The notes under the pieces: model-generated
What the model was told of the DNA's origin: nothing
Databases searched by the model: none
The model's input: the letters and a program-made list of their open reading frames with translations, nothing else
Made by a program: the position numbers and the translations under genes
Shown here: positions 43,368-57,575 of the stretch, one piece after another
Layout of the letters: every line of letters begins with the position of its first letter
Numbering within the stretch: position 1 is the stretch's first letter
Assembly: GCA_965644495.1 (NCBI GenBank)
Contig: CBFFSA010000010.1
Span: forward strand, 1 to 64,000
Direction of reading: 5' to 3'
DNA: 64,000 nucleotides
From: Perkinsela sp. CCAP 1560/9
Lineage: Eukaryota; Protista; Euglenozoa: Kinetoplastea

Positions 43368-44612
43368 GGGGGGCGTTCGATGATTACTCACCGAACGGGC
43401 AGCCGTTCGATGAGTACTCACTGAACGGGCAGCCCCTTCGGTGAGTAACGTCCCGTTCGATGAAACTCACGGAATGGGCTGTCCGTTCCGTGAGTAATTC
43501 ATTGAATCGACGGTCAACCACAAAAAGAACGTTTAATGCTTTTCCAGATGCGACAGTTGCGTCCTAGTTTATGTGTATGGAGGTAAAGCCCAACTGTGAG
43601 CGTAGCCCACTTCTGGAGGCAAAAGCCCCCGTTTGCGAGCAAGGCCCAACTTTGAGCGTAGCCCTGGGACATAATTATATTTTTTGGCGACCCGCGCGCT
43701 CCAGCGCGCGGGTCGCGCACTGAGAACCTATGTCTGGCACTTCCGCAGGATTGTGAACTCGTTTTCCTATGCTGCGACACCTAGTTTACCTGTCTAGAGG
43801 CAAGGCCCAACTGTGAGCTGAAAAGGGGGGTACGAATACAGCTATCTGCCGTAAAGATTCAGTTTCTGTACAGCCTCCTCAAGTCGATCGAATTCCATGA
43901 CGCGCGTTTAATGCACGTTTTTCCCCCAAAATGTTGCAGCAAATTATTTTTCTCAAGCAACAGGGCGTCCCGTTCGATGAGTACTCTTCGAACGGGTCGT
44001 TCTGCAAATTGATGATGATTAATAGGCATTATATCTCCGAGGAGATGTTACCTCCCTAGAACAAGCCCCCCCTTATCGCTTGCTAGGAGCTGTGCCACGC
44101 AGCACGCAAGTCAAATCCGAAGATTTGACCAGATCGAGCGCGAGCAGCCAGCTTATCTTTTTTTAACCCCTTTTATATACTACAAGAAAATATTCTTTAT
44201 TAAAAAACACTTCTTTTGAAGTGAAAAAACACTCCAAAGATTATGCTGAATGACACCCGCCCTAGTTCCTTAGTACCTTGTTATAACCGGTACCGGGCGG
44301 TGTCATTCTCACGCTGCGATGTCTGGGTGACCGTTACCCTAGTTAATTTGTGCCTTGTTTTGCTGGCACCGGGTAGTGTCATCCTCGGGACCTTGATCGT
44401 ACCCACCCTAGGTATGTAGCGTCTTGTTGTGCGACGCCGGGTGAGTTAGCTAGGGAAGCTGGGGTCGCTACGCCCCATCATCCGACAAAAGTCGAATGCC
44501 CTGACTGATTCTGCCCTGACTGGTTCTGCAAATTACTCACCGAAGGGGCTGCCCGTTCAGTGAGTACTCATCGAACGGGCTGCCCGTTCGGTGAGTACTC
44601 ATCGAACGCCCC
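43368..44612. mobile_element. ~1.25-kb non-autonomous TIR element
   Basis: ~80-bp near-perfect inverted repeats at 43368-43448 and 44532-44612; ~43550-43750 is an inverted homologue of ~39430-39620. Confidence 0.75.
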
Positions 44613-44751
44613 CCCCCCTCCCCCTGATTTTTTTATCCCCTCGAGCCTGTAACGTATGTCGGGAAGTAAAAACGGTTCCTCGTCGCTCGTGAAGGAATCC
44701 TCAGAAAAATCAGAGGGGCTCCAATCTTCATCTGTTTCACACTCACACACA

Positions 44752-44920
44752 GAAGAGGAAGAAGAAGAAGAAGAAGAAGAAGAAGAAGAAGAAGAAGAAG
44801 AAGAAGAAGAAGAAGAAGAAGAAGAAGAAGAAGAAGAAGAAGAAGAAGAAGAAGAAGAAAGGAGAAGAAGAGGAAGAAGAAGAAGAAGAAGAGGAGGAGG
44901 AGGAGGAGGAGGAGGAAGAA
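44752..44920. repeat. (GAA)n/(GGA)n microsatellite
   Basis: Direct inspection. Confidence 0.95.
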
Positions 44921-45138
44921 GAGTCAAAAGAGCTGTACTCGGAAGCCTCATCGGACGAGTCACTTCTCATCGTTGAAATCAGTTTCTTGAAGTTAAGAAA
45001 AATCGCAGGTCTTTCATTTCAAAGATAATCACTCAACAAAATATTTTTTCATAACAGTGAGATATTTTTTAACGTTGCTGTATTATTATTTTTTCATGAA
45101 TTTTTGAAGCCTTCTTTACCCATATCTTTCTTGCCTTA

Positions 45139-46536
45139 ATGAAAAAGTTACCCCAAAATCGACTGTTACAAGAGCAAGATTCCGCAGTCTATGACATTCT
45201 TGAAAAAGAAAAAGCGCGGCAGTACTTCGGTTTGGAGATGATTGCGTCCGAGAACTTTACTTCATCAGCAGTGCTAGAATGTTTAGGTTCACATCTAACT
45301 AATAAGTATGCTGAAGGGGAGATCGGAGCTAGATATTACGGAGGAACACAATTTATTGACCAAATCGAAGGACTGTGCCAATCACGTGCGTTGGAGGCAT
45401 TTCATTTGGATGCGAAGGAGTGGGGGGTCAATGTTCAACCTTATTCTGGATCACCGGCCAATTTCGCCGTGTACACTGGCCTTTTACAACCACATGACCG
45501 TATCATGGGTATGGATCTTCCTGCGGGGGGACATCTTACACATGGCTACTATACAGCTAAAAAGCGAATCAGTGCGACCTCAATATTTTTTGAATCGCTT
45601 CCGTATTCCCTTGATTCTGATGGAATCATTGACTACGAAGAATTGAAGAAAATTGCTGAAATATACCTTCCAAAAGTAATTATTTGCGGTGGATCCGCTT
45701 ACCCACGCGATATTGACTACGGACGATTTCGGGAAATTGCGGACAAAACAGAATCTCTGTTAATGTGTGATATGGCGCATGTCTCAGGTCTGGTGGCCAG
45801 CGGATTACTGCGCTCTCCTTTTACACATTGTGACATAGTGACTACAACAACTCATAAAACCCTTCGTGGACCAAGAGCTGGCATGATATTTTACCGTAAG
45901 CTCGGGCGCGATGGTAACTCAACTAATTTTGCTCAGCGGATCAATATGGCAGTCTTTCCTGGCCTTCAAGGCGGTCCCCATCAAAATGTTATCGCTGCCA
46001 TTGCAGTACAGTTGAAAGAGGTAGCCACAGAAGATTTTAAGGAGTACAGTCGCCAAATCATTCGCAACGCTCAGGAGCTGTCCAAAGCTTTGATAGATAA
46101 AGGTTATACGTTGATTACCGGTGGGACTGACAATCACTTACTACTTTGGGATTTACGCCCACTAGGCCTGACAGGTTCGAAATATGAGAAGATACTAGAA
46201 AAATCATCGATCAGCATAAATAAAAACACTGTTGTGGGTGATAAAAGTGCTGCTTCTCCAGGTGGTGTTCGCATTGGGACACCAGCGCTTACTTCTCGAG
46301 GAATGAAAGAAGCGGAAATGAGACTTATTGCCGTCTTTATGGAACGCGCCGTGAAGATTGCGTTGGACATTCAGCTCCGTGCTGGTAAACGATTGGTTGA
46401 TTTTGTAGCCAAGCTATCCGAGAATGCTGAGATAGAGAGTCTTCGAAATGATGTGGAAGGGTTTGCAGGTCAGTATCCAATCCCAGGTTTCAGTATTGAC
46501 GGGATGAAATATCGTGATCATGTACCAGAGGTATGA
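45139..46536 (+). CDS. SHMT: Serine hydroxymethyltransferase, eukaryotic cytosolic type, intronless
   Basis: [43 protein letters not shown] (PLP lysine), FPGLQGGP. Confidence 0.98.
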   Translation: MKKLPQNRLLQEQDSAVYDILEKEKARQYFGLEMIASENFTSSAVLECLGSHLTNKYAEGEIGARYYGGTQFIDQIEGLCQSRALEAFHLDAKEWGVNVQPYSGSPANFAVYTGLLQPHDRIMGMDLPAGGHLTHGYYTAKKRISATSIFFESLPYSLDSDGIIDYEELKKIAEIYLPKVIICGGSAYPRDIDYGRFREIADKTESLLMCDMAHVSGLVASGLLRSPFTHCDIVTTTTHKTLRGPRAGMIFYRKLGRDGNSTNFAQRINMAVFPGLQGGPHQNVIAAIAVQLKEVATEDFKEYSRQIIRNAQELSKALIDKGYTLITGGTDNHLLLWDLRPLGLTGSKYEKILEKSSISINKNTVVGDKSAASPGGVRIGTPALTSRGMKEAEMRLIAVFMERAVKIALDIQLRAGKRLVDFVAKLSENAEIESLRNDVEGFAGQYPIPGFSIDGMKYRDHVPEV

Positions 46537-47160
46537 ACTAGATCTCTACGAAAGTTCTATGTTCTTGTGATGGAGTAATACAACAAAATATTAACTGATC
46601 TTTATATGGTTTGTTATACACAAGAATTTGTGCAGAATACCGTGAAACTCAACTAGATGAAAATGCGCATACATGCATAAAATAGTGAAAGGAATGATTT
46701 TGGCATAGTAATAGAAGAAAAAAATATGCTGAGCTTACGAAAATTTGTTCTGGACATATTATTTATGGTCGTACGTACATACACTGAAGTAGGAACTTGA
46801 TTTACTTGATGTTGCAATCAATAAACTATTTAGTTAAAAACTTCCTGTATTCTAATGTTATTTTAGATAGTTTATGAAATTCTGAATGGCTCATTGATAT
46901 GTATATTCGTGGTTTTTAGATATTTATGAATATTCATAGATAGGAAAACCAACATTGGATGTATAGGACGCCTATTCAAGATATGACAAGCTATGATTGT
47001 GGACTAAGAAAAGAAGACAGAGTTTTACATGAATAACGTGTTTTACCAAATAAATACAATGCAGTATTACGGAAGGTTCTATATACTAGTACATGTATTT
47101 AGCATATCCAGAAAAGACTGTATGTACAAATCTTCTGGTTGAGGTATCCCAGCGCCAAAA

Positions 47161-47630
47161 GTGATTCTTATGAGGATCGATCACAAGCAACGTCGTCTGG
47201 GGGTTCAAGCAATGCTTTGGTTACATTTTTTGCATTCGTGCTTGTGTACAGTAAACTATGTTGATTGGGTACAATACCAAAAAAATACCCCCGGTATCGG
47301 ACCCTTTGTGATACTTTTATATTTGATAGCAACGTGCTCCAGTGTGCTTATGTTCACTTTAGTTTGCTCAGCGTGTTATTCGTGGGCCTATCGGTACGAA
47401 TCTGCACCAGGATTGGTTGTTCGTCGGTGTGTATATGGTATTTTGACACACCTTTTGTTCAGTGACGCTCCAATTTTTGTGCTTGAAACGATGATCGTTT
47501 GGCGCAGTGGCATATTATGTCTTATTCAAGCACTATCGTTTGCATCTACATGTCTTAGCCTTGTATGCAGTACGACCCGAGTCTGGACTTATACCGTTCG
47601 GAAAATTGTAGGAAAGTCGATGAAAACTTA
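47161..47630 (+). CDS. Hypothetical multi-pass membrane protein
   Basis: 156-aa ORF with about 4 hydrophobic segments in AT-rich flanks, co-directional with SHMT; start uncertain. Confidence 0.55.
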
Positions 47631-48816
47631 GTCAAACCTCTATGATTAACAGAATTCTCAACAATATAATTTAAGTACTGTTACGCACCTAGCTACATAC
47701 CCTGGAATTAGCTCAGAATAAATTAAGCACAACTAAACATTTTTCTCTTCCATGGCTATTTTTACCCCATAATGATATTTTTACCCCTTAAAGTCTCTTC
47801 GTTAAACGCGGTGGTTGTTTTCAACTTAGAAGTCACTCATGCTGCGCGCTTCGCGTTGAAAACTACCACCGCGTTTAACGAGGAGACTAAAAAAGAAAAT
47901 TCGGCTTCGAAAGCTGGAGAAAACGGAAAGATTATAGCCAAAAACAGCCGATTTTCGGGTAAAAATGGGGTGATTTTTGGATATTTTGCTCTCAGAGCAC
48001 TAAATCCGACATTCGCGTTAGGGAAATCACTCGTAGGCATGAGTCAAAGCCTCCCGGACGTATTGGGTAGAGAATACGACTCCAATCACACCATTCTTTG
48101 GACACAAAAAGATCCCTTGGGGTCCGAAAAATACATTTTCACCTTTTTTGGTCAAAAATGGGTCATATTAGGAGGCATACCACGGCTACAAGAAGGGATA
48201 TCTTGCGAAAACAAAGGCGTAGAAAGCTAGTATAGGCCCCACACTAACAAAATACAATAGGGGAAAGGAATTCGAAAAAAATACTTTTTTTACCATTTTT
48301 TTCGCCAAGTTGAATTTTTTTTCATTTTTTTTCCCGAAAAAACCCGAACTTGTCGGACACGTCCTGCGCATACGAAGGGGGGTCACCCCCGGGTGGGGGG
48401 GTGGAAAATGCGTGCCGAAACCCCGACAACCCCTTCCGCGCTTTTTTTCTAAAAATATTTTTTTTCAAAAAAAATTCATGCGGTATGCCCCCCCTGGACC
48501 CCCCCCCCCCTGGAGCCCCCAATGGCCCGATTATTTTGAAAATTTTTGGACCACCGGAGCCCTTTTTATATATTTTTCTTCTATTAAATTTTCTTCTATT
48601 ATATGCAGGGGGGATCAGCTAATGCTGGGGGGGTCTAAAATTTGTAAAACTTGGCCAATTTTGGAAAATAATAGCGCATTCGAGAGATCTCACACAACCC
48701 TCCTGTGGAGGATATATCGGTTACCGGATAAATTCCATTTTTTTAAAATGGCAGGTGGCTTAAAAACGTCAATTGCAAATTTTTCTAGAAATTTGCAAAA
48801 AAATGAAATGACAAAC

Positions 48817-49659
48817 CTAGTACCCACAGTGCCCCCCTTCCTTCTCTATAACAATACGCATTCTGTTTGGCACGCTCTTTAGAGTGCGTTCCACGAAACC
48901 GACTTCATTAAGCAGCTCATTGTAAGAAGCTGTGATGGATTCTTTTAAGAATTCACGGTTTAATGGTTTTTTTCTACATTTTATGGCATCCATCACTGAC
49001 CATAAATTCTCAATAGGCGTCATGTCTGGAGATTTGGGGGGGCAATCCAACATTTTGACCCCGCGCTCCTTAAAATAAGTACGTGTTGTGTTGTGGATAG
49101 TTGCGTTGTCCATCACAACAACAGCTGCAGAATGACGCCTAAGAAAGGAAAGAAAACCCCCACGCTTTGTCATTGCGTTCTTAAAATTATTCCCTTTCAG
49201 AGATGAATCTTCTTCGAAAATGTGGATGAACCCCCCATACCTGAGACTTACCCCCATCCACACCATAATACCCTTCCCCCCCACCCAACGGTCCATTCCA
49301 GGGGTCGAGTACTTGTCGATGTCGCTTTCGCGACCAATAAACGTTCGACTCCCGCGGCAACCGCACCGAAAAAGCTTCTCATCACACCAAATGATCGGAA
49401 ATCTGGAGAAACCAAGCACGAAACTATGATCCACACGATAACAAATACTGCTCATTTGATTTTCCAGGGAAAAGAAGTTACCCCACCTGGGTTCTTGAAA
49501 ATGAAGATATTCTAAGACCCGACGGGATAATCTTGGAGAGTACGCGGTCTTCGGTCGTGACTGATGCTTGGCGCGGATAGTTGGGTATGGAGGAGTTCTG
49601 TCGGCACTTCGCCGTGAACCATTCGAGAGAGTTCGTTTTGTAATCATTCTGCGAAGCAA
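48817..49659 (-). pseudogene. IS630/Tc1-family transposase
   Basis: IIWCDEK, VMDNATIH, PPKSPDMTPIENLW (32 residues between D and E), GGHCGY; N-terminus looks disrupted. Confidence 0.85.
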
Positions 49660-49855
49660 CGGTTTAGGTGTTATAAATTTAAGTCTACAATTCTACCCCT
49701 CTGTATTTTCTGTGCATACTTCTTTTCATGGCCACTGTAAAGTGGCCATAGGCCAGTGATATTCATAGAATATCAGAATCCCTCGTCTAAGCCACACGTA
49801 CACTTTTACCAGTTGTAGGAAGGAAAACAGTGTTCCTGTATTCATAATCTATATA

Positions 49856-50400
49856 CTGTGACCCCCCCCTTTATACTTCGCTGGTCAGACCCCCCCCCTT
49901 TATATTGTACCCCCCTTGTTTATAATAGCCTCGACCCCTCCCCCCTTTATAGATTCTTTTTTTGGCAAACTGGGGATTTTTTTTTAATTTTCTTGCACCG
50001 TCTTTAATATTTTGATATTTATTTTCATATGGTTCTTCGAGGTATGGCGCGTGTTCTTGCTGGACATTTTACTTTGGAAGAGCGCCGGGGCCCACTTAGC
50101 GATTGAATAATTCCTGGTTCCTCGCTCCCGAATGTATGGCGATTTCTGTGCCAACTCTTAATCTGCAATCGCCCTCCCCCATTTATAGGTTCATTTGGGC
50201 AAAAGCGAGGCTATTATAAACGGGGGGGTACAGTACTTCGTTTTTTGTGTGGCGCCCCCGAAGGGGGGACGATTTTTCTTTAATTTTTCGCAATTTTTCT
50301 AAAAGTTAAAAAAAAAAACAAGAACGTTCTAAGCCTTCCCTTCTAGAAATGGAAAATCAGAAAATTCAGCCGGAGAAAAAGCCTAGCACTGATACTTCTT
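49856..50400. mobile_element. MITE-like copy with a nested 329-bp MITE (49905-50233) at a duplicated TA
   Basis: Outer sequence matches 55232 onward; inner TIRs tgtacccccc..gtttataatagcctcg. Confidence 0.8.
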
Positions 50401-50473
50401 AGACATAACAAATGACACGAATACAGTACCGTCCATTGTAAAGGGGGGGTACACCCACTATTGGCAAAAAAGT

Positions 50474-52035
<1,562 letters not shown>

Positions 52036-52323
52036 ATACAGTCAGCAAAAAAACCGTTCGAATGTTTCGGTTTTTTTTCTTTTTGTATAGAGCTATTGAT
52101 TAAATATCACCGTTGCGCTGGTAATGTGTGCTAGTAGTGTAGGCATGAGTGTCACCTAATAGTACCCGTAGATAGTTCACCTCAGTTCGTTCTACCAAAG
52201 AAATAAGAATGAATATAAAAAAGTTCAGCATTCGAAAGGTTTTTTTGCTACCTATTATAGAGAAAATCTTGTCCCAAAAAATAGATGAAACGTAATCGCC
52301 CAAGAGAGATTATGCCCGTAAAA

Positions 52324-53200
52324 TTAGTATTTAGTATTCCCCCCACGAGCCTTCAGCACTGCCTTCATACGGGCAGGCATACTGTCCACCTGGGCACGAC
52401 ATACTGAGGGTGGTATGTTCGCCCATTCCATTTTTACCCTCTCCCACAACTCTCGGACCCCGCTTGGTGGATCATCGTGCGCTGCAAGGCGCCGCTTGAG
52501 TTCCCCCCAAACGTTTTCGATTGGATTTAAGTCAGGGGACTGCGGGGGCCACCGCATGACTTCAAACCCGGTACCCCGGAGGTGCCGTTGCGCACAATGG
52601 CTTGTGTGCTTGGGGTCACTATCTTGTTGGAAGATGACCATTGGGGGGTCTAGACCCATAGTTTCGATGGAGGGGGCAAGATTCTCTTCAAGAATCTCGA
52701 CGTACTGTGTGGCGTTCAGGTTCCCTTGAACTAGACGCACATGCCCCACACCGCTTCGGGACATGCACGCCCAAATCATGATGTGCCCCTCTCCGTACTT
52801 TACCGTGGGAATTACCCCTTTTTCACCCAGTTCCTCCCCCGGGGTCCCCCATGTCCAAAGACTTCCCCCCGTTTCAAAGCGCGAGATCTTCGTCTCGTCC
52901 GACCATACAACTGGAGCCCAGTCGTGCACTGTCGAGTGCTCATGGGCCGTGGCAAAGTCCATCCGAAGCTTGCGATGGCGCTTGGACAAGTAGGGCTTGC
53001 GGACACGCTTTCTACCTTTGTGTCCGAAGCGGTGCATCGAAACTCGGATAGACTGAGGAACAACATCAGCAACGCCCTCGCGGCGCAGCTGAGATGATAC
53101 CTCTCGCGCAGAATTTCCGGAGAACACAAGTCGTCGCACACGGCGTGTGCACGGCTCGGAAAGCTTTCGAGGGCGTCCACCTCCGAGGGCCTGATACTCT
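52324..53200 (-). CDS. Tc1 DD34E transposase (N-terminus lost)
   Basis: GRPRKLS, WSDETK, FQQDSDPKH, WPPQSPDLNPIENVW, GGNTKY; TA-CAGT terminus at 52037. Confidence 0.9.
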
Positions 53201-53657
53201 CAGGATGCAGGGTGGACGCCCTCGAAGGGGAAGTTTCGAAGATTACGAAGTTTTTCTATGAAAAATTTTGACACCTGCGGGCACTCAGGCGTTCCAATTT
53301 CGCTTCTCGCTTGTTCGAGCAAGCGACGACATGCAGTTCCCAATGACCTTTCATGTCGTTCTCGAGCTTTTTCCTTCTTAATATCTTCCTTTTGACGGCG
53401 TTCGCTACGGGTTGAACTCCGCGAGAACGAACAAGTGGAATTTAAGTAAGACGGGAAACGAGACCCTCGACGAGTTCGACGCGGCCGCTCTGGGGAGGGG
53501 GAAGGGACCCTGTGCATCGAACTTCGCCGGCGGCGGCTCGTCGGACATTCGCGAGGTTTTTCCATGGGGTCACTCTGGGAGGAAGTGCCGGAAGACCGGT
53601 CTCGCCAATCATACCCTTCGTAGTAATGCCCCTCGTAGTACAGTGTACGTAAGTAGT

Positions 53658-54216
53658 ATTTTCCCCGGGCACAAGTCCCGATGTCTTCCCCGGGCACACG
53701 TCCCGATGTCTTCCCCGGGCACAAGTCCCGATGTCTTCCCCGGGCACACGTCCCGATGTTTTCCCCGGGCACAAGTCCCGATATCTTCCCCGGTCAAAAA
53801 TCCCGATATTTTCCCCGGGCACAAGTCCCGATGCCTTGCCCGGGCACATGTCCCCATATCTTCCCCGGGCACAAATCCCGATATCTTCCCCGGTCAAAAA
53901 TCCCGATATTTTCCCCCGGCACACGTCCCGATATCTTCCCCGGGCACAAGTCCGGATATCTTCCCCGGGCACAAATCCCGATGTCTTCCCCGGGCACACG
54001 TCCCGATATCATCCCCGGGCACAAGTCCCGATATCTTCCCCGGGTACAAGTCCCGATATCTTCCCCGAGCACAAGTCCCGATATCTTCCCCGGGTACAAG
54101 TCCCGATATCTTCCCCGGGCACAAGTCCCGATATTTTCCCCGGGCACAAGTCCCGATATCTTCCCCGGGCACAAGTCCCGATATTTTCCCCGGGCACAAG
54201 TCCCGATATTTTCCCG
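53658..54216. repeat. 25-bp minisatellite (CCCCGGGCACAAGTCCCGATATCTT)n, ~22 copies
   Basis: Direct inspection; 25-aa period in translations. Confidence 0.95.
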
Positions 54217-54779
54217 TGGCAAAAATCCCCACAACTTCCCGGGGTATATGTCCCGATAACTTCTTCCACCCTCCTCCCCCGGACCATGTGTATACGTTTA
54301 TGTATGCACGTGGTCCTTCCCCAGGCTTGGGACTGGGTAATGCGGAGTTATGGAAGTCACATAAGTCGGGTATGTGAAGCCAACTTTATCCGAATGCTTT
54401 GGAGATTCCCAAAATAAAGAAAAAAGTTTGGGACTTTTGTTTCATCTAACCAAATAAATTGTTCTGTTTTCGAAAAAGTGGTGACAAATAAGTGGGGGGG
54501 GCACAATATATTTTCAGACCCCTGTTTTTTGGATAAAAACGCTCGATTTTTCGGCGAAAATTGGGAAATTTTACCCCGAATTTGGGGCGTTTTTGATGCC
54601 TTACCAGTAGGGGTAGGAGGCGAATCTATAAAAACAAACGTCGTAGAATGGTAGCTGAGGTCTCAAGCTCTGAAAATACGTTTTAGGAGTCGATTTTGGA
54701 AACATATTTTTACTTTTTTTTGGGTCAATTGTTTTTTGATAATCCTAAAAATTTCAAAAATTTTGACTTTGTCGGACCC

Positions 54780-55229
54780 CGAATTAAAATCCGGAGAATC
54801 CGCAGGCCAAAACGGCAGAGGGTTTCCATTGACAGAAACGTATCGCCTCAAGCAAGAGGAAGTTCTCGATCTGGCGAACATACTTTCCCACCACAAAGAA
54901 GTAAGCTTAGAACGATGCGGAGGAGCTCCATCGTCCATGTAGATCGCCTGGGGATTTTTCCTGGGATATGGAATCCAATGATCCCGAAGAATCACCTTTC
55001 TATAGTACTATTTCTATGCTACTTTTACGAATTTTTGAGCACCAGGTACTTCCCTCTGAAAAGGGGCCGTTCCTACAATACGGTGATCTATCCGGCGCAC
55101 AATGTTTCACGTACGTCGAAAAGGCCTTCATCTTCTTTAAGCAGTGCGCGACAGAAATTCACACGGGCCTCCCTTTTCTCGGGAGAAAGATGAAGCGTAC
55201 TTCTTTTGGACCGAAACTTGTAATCATAA
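54780..55229 (-). pseudogene. Tc1/mariner-like transposase fragment
   Basis: YMDDGAPPH, WPADSPDFN. Confidence 0.7.
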
Positions 55230-55231
55230 TA

Positions 55232-55565
55232 CTGTGACCCCCCCCTTTATACCTCGCTGGTCAGACCCCCCCCCTTTATACTTCGTTTTTCGTGTGCCCC
55301 CCCGAAGGGGGGGGCGGGCGATTTTTTTTTAATTTTTCATAATTCTTCTAAAACCTTTGGAAAAAAAATAAGAACGTTCCCATTCTTTCCTTCCAGAAAT
55401 GGAAGGTGAGATAGAAGGAAAGACAGGAAAACTGGATGAGCCGCGCCGCGAAGCGGCACGGCCTTTTTCTTACACTCGTTTTTACAGCGGGGAAAAAATT
55501 CAGACCCCCCCCTTTATACTTCGTTACTGCTCAAAATGGGCGAAGTATAAAGGGGGGGGTCACAG
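55232..55565. mobile_element. 334-bp MITE with TA TSD
   Basis: TIR ctgtgacccccccctttatac at both ends, flanked by TA. Confidence 0.85.
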
Positions 55566-55664
55566 TATGTTAGAAGAGCACGCATGCGATATTTCTCTTT
55601 TATACTTCTCTTAGAAGATTGTACTGTGACCCCCCCTTTAATATGCACACGTTTTTGGAGTTTG

Positions 55665-55775
55665 TGCATAATAAAGGGGGGTGCATAATAAAGGGGGGGT
55701 GCATAATAAAGGGGGGTGCATAATAAAGGGGGGGGGGTGCATAATAAGGGGGGGGGTACATAATAAAGGGGGGAA
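55665..55775. repeat. Short tandem repeat (GCATAATAAAGGGGGGT) behind another ctgtgacc TIR at 55624
   Basis: Direct inspection. Confidence 0.8.
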
Positions 55776-56232
55776 GAAAAGGGTGAAACAAGGGGGATGG
55801 TGGAAAGTGCGTACATGGTGCCAATGACATCGGTAGCGAAGCAAGGGTCGATGACGGAGGGGAAGAGAGTGAAGGAATTGTTCTCGAGCAAAGATTTTTT
55901 TCATGAAGCCTGTGTAACACTAATAAACAAGAAAGTGCTTAAAGTAAAAAATATAAAAAATGTGTATACCTAAATACTAGTTACTAATGTAACTGATTCA
56001 TAGGATACTATAATATTATTTCGAGTTTGTTGAACGCCCATAGTAGAATATGCCTGGAGAAGCACTCCGAGGACTTACACGACACCGAGTAAAAACCACA
56101 GAAAAACCCAGTTCCGTGGTAAAAACTAATATTACAATATGAACCGTTGCTGTGGACGGAAATAAAGCTCGGGAGGTGAGGTTCGCTAAGCCCCAACATT
56201 TGCTTGACAATGTCCCTGACCCCATAAAGTTT

Positions 56233-56760
56233 TCAACTGTTAACGGACTCATCTTCAAAGTTCAAATCATTCACTAAATTCGCAATTATAGAACAATCAG
56301 AATCAGAATCATCTTCCGACACGTTCTCCACGGACACTTCTCCAAGGGTTTCTTCGGAATTTGTTGTTCGTTCAGGGGGTAGAGGAATTCCTGGACCACG
56401 AGGCCACCAGGACCTGGAAAGATTTTTTCTGACAAGCACATTGTCAACCCTAGAAAAAGTTGCAGGGTAGAATAACAAAGAGCATAAGTTGTTAACAACA
56501 TGCAATCCGCATTCATTTAGCATAGGCTCCTGTTGTAAGATCTTTTCATATTTAACACGAATGTTCCCACTTTCTTGCCCAAGAAGAGGAGTTGCCCGTT
56601 CCAAGAATAGTTTTAAAAAGTCGCTTCGGGCGAATGGAGAATACGCCTCATAGCTGTCATACACTGTGAGCAGGGACCTTCGGAGTTCTACCAAAATAAA
56701 GTGATTGTTAAAGAAGAGAACGGCAACAATGCTAAAACTGCTCTGTACGTACACGAGTAC
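56233..56760 (-). pseudogene. Ulp1/C48-like protease fragment
   Basis: NNHFILV, VYDS, QQ....ECGLHV give the H-D-Q-C order. Confidence 0.65.
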
Positions 56761-57575
56761 GTACTCGCATGTACTCGGCAAATCGTACGTACACTCCGTG
56801 CTCGCTAAGGTATGTCCATAGAACGGTTTCAAAAATTTGGGATGGAGTTGTAAATATAGTACTACTGTATAAACCTAGGGACACGATAAGTCACCCCCCT
56901 CTAAAATTTGTGTAAAGTCTTCGTTTGGGCTAATTTTTATTGCATTTTGCAGATCTCGGTGACGCTTGTTTGCGCATATCATATACAGTAGTGTTCAGCC
57001 TCTTTTACCCCCCCCTACAGGTCTTGCATTTTGTTCGATTTTGGAAATATTTTGTATGGGGCTGTTTTTCAACCCAATCGTTCCGAATCCGAGGTCCTTT
57101 TCACTCGTGGACACCTGTATCATACCTAAACCGGGAAAAAAACCGCAAAAAAGTCGATTTGTTTTCCACAGAGTACATTTTTTTAAAAATTGGTACATTT
57201 GTTGGTGATTCACGACGAAGAAACACCGCCCCCTGTGCTTACCTTCCTGCCTCGTGTGCCCCGAGAAGCGCACGGCACTCGCGATCGATTGAGAGCGACT
57301 TAAGTCCTATAAGACACTCGAAAAATTTCATAAACTTAGCCCCGGGTCCATCATTGAAACTTTTCGCTTTTTTCTGAAGATTAACCGGAAACGTTTAGGA
57401 ATGCCTTCCGGGACTATAGTAAACTTTTTCTTTCGGTCAAGGAGGCTAAAGTGCATATGGCTAAATACTAGAGATTACTTTGCACTCCTTTTCCACGTCT
57501 TCTAACCTACTTTACTACTGTTCCTCATCCGAAACATTCAAAAAAATGAACCCAAAAAAGTTGTAATTAGCTTTT

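Noticed and set aside
29027-44510. Hammerhead or HDV (Pr77) ribozyme calls
   Set aside because: No CUGANGA/GAAA core with stems and no complete HDV double pseudoknot could be built by eye
44568-44976. Poly-Glu/Ser/Phe ORFs
   Set aside because: (GAA)n microsatellite
53658-54216. CRISPR-like array or repeat protein
   Set aside because: Contiguous 25-bp units without unique spacers and no cas genes; ORFs are open in all frames because of the repeat
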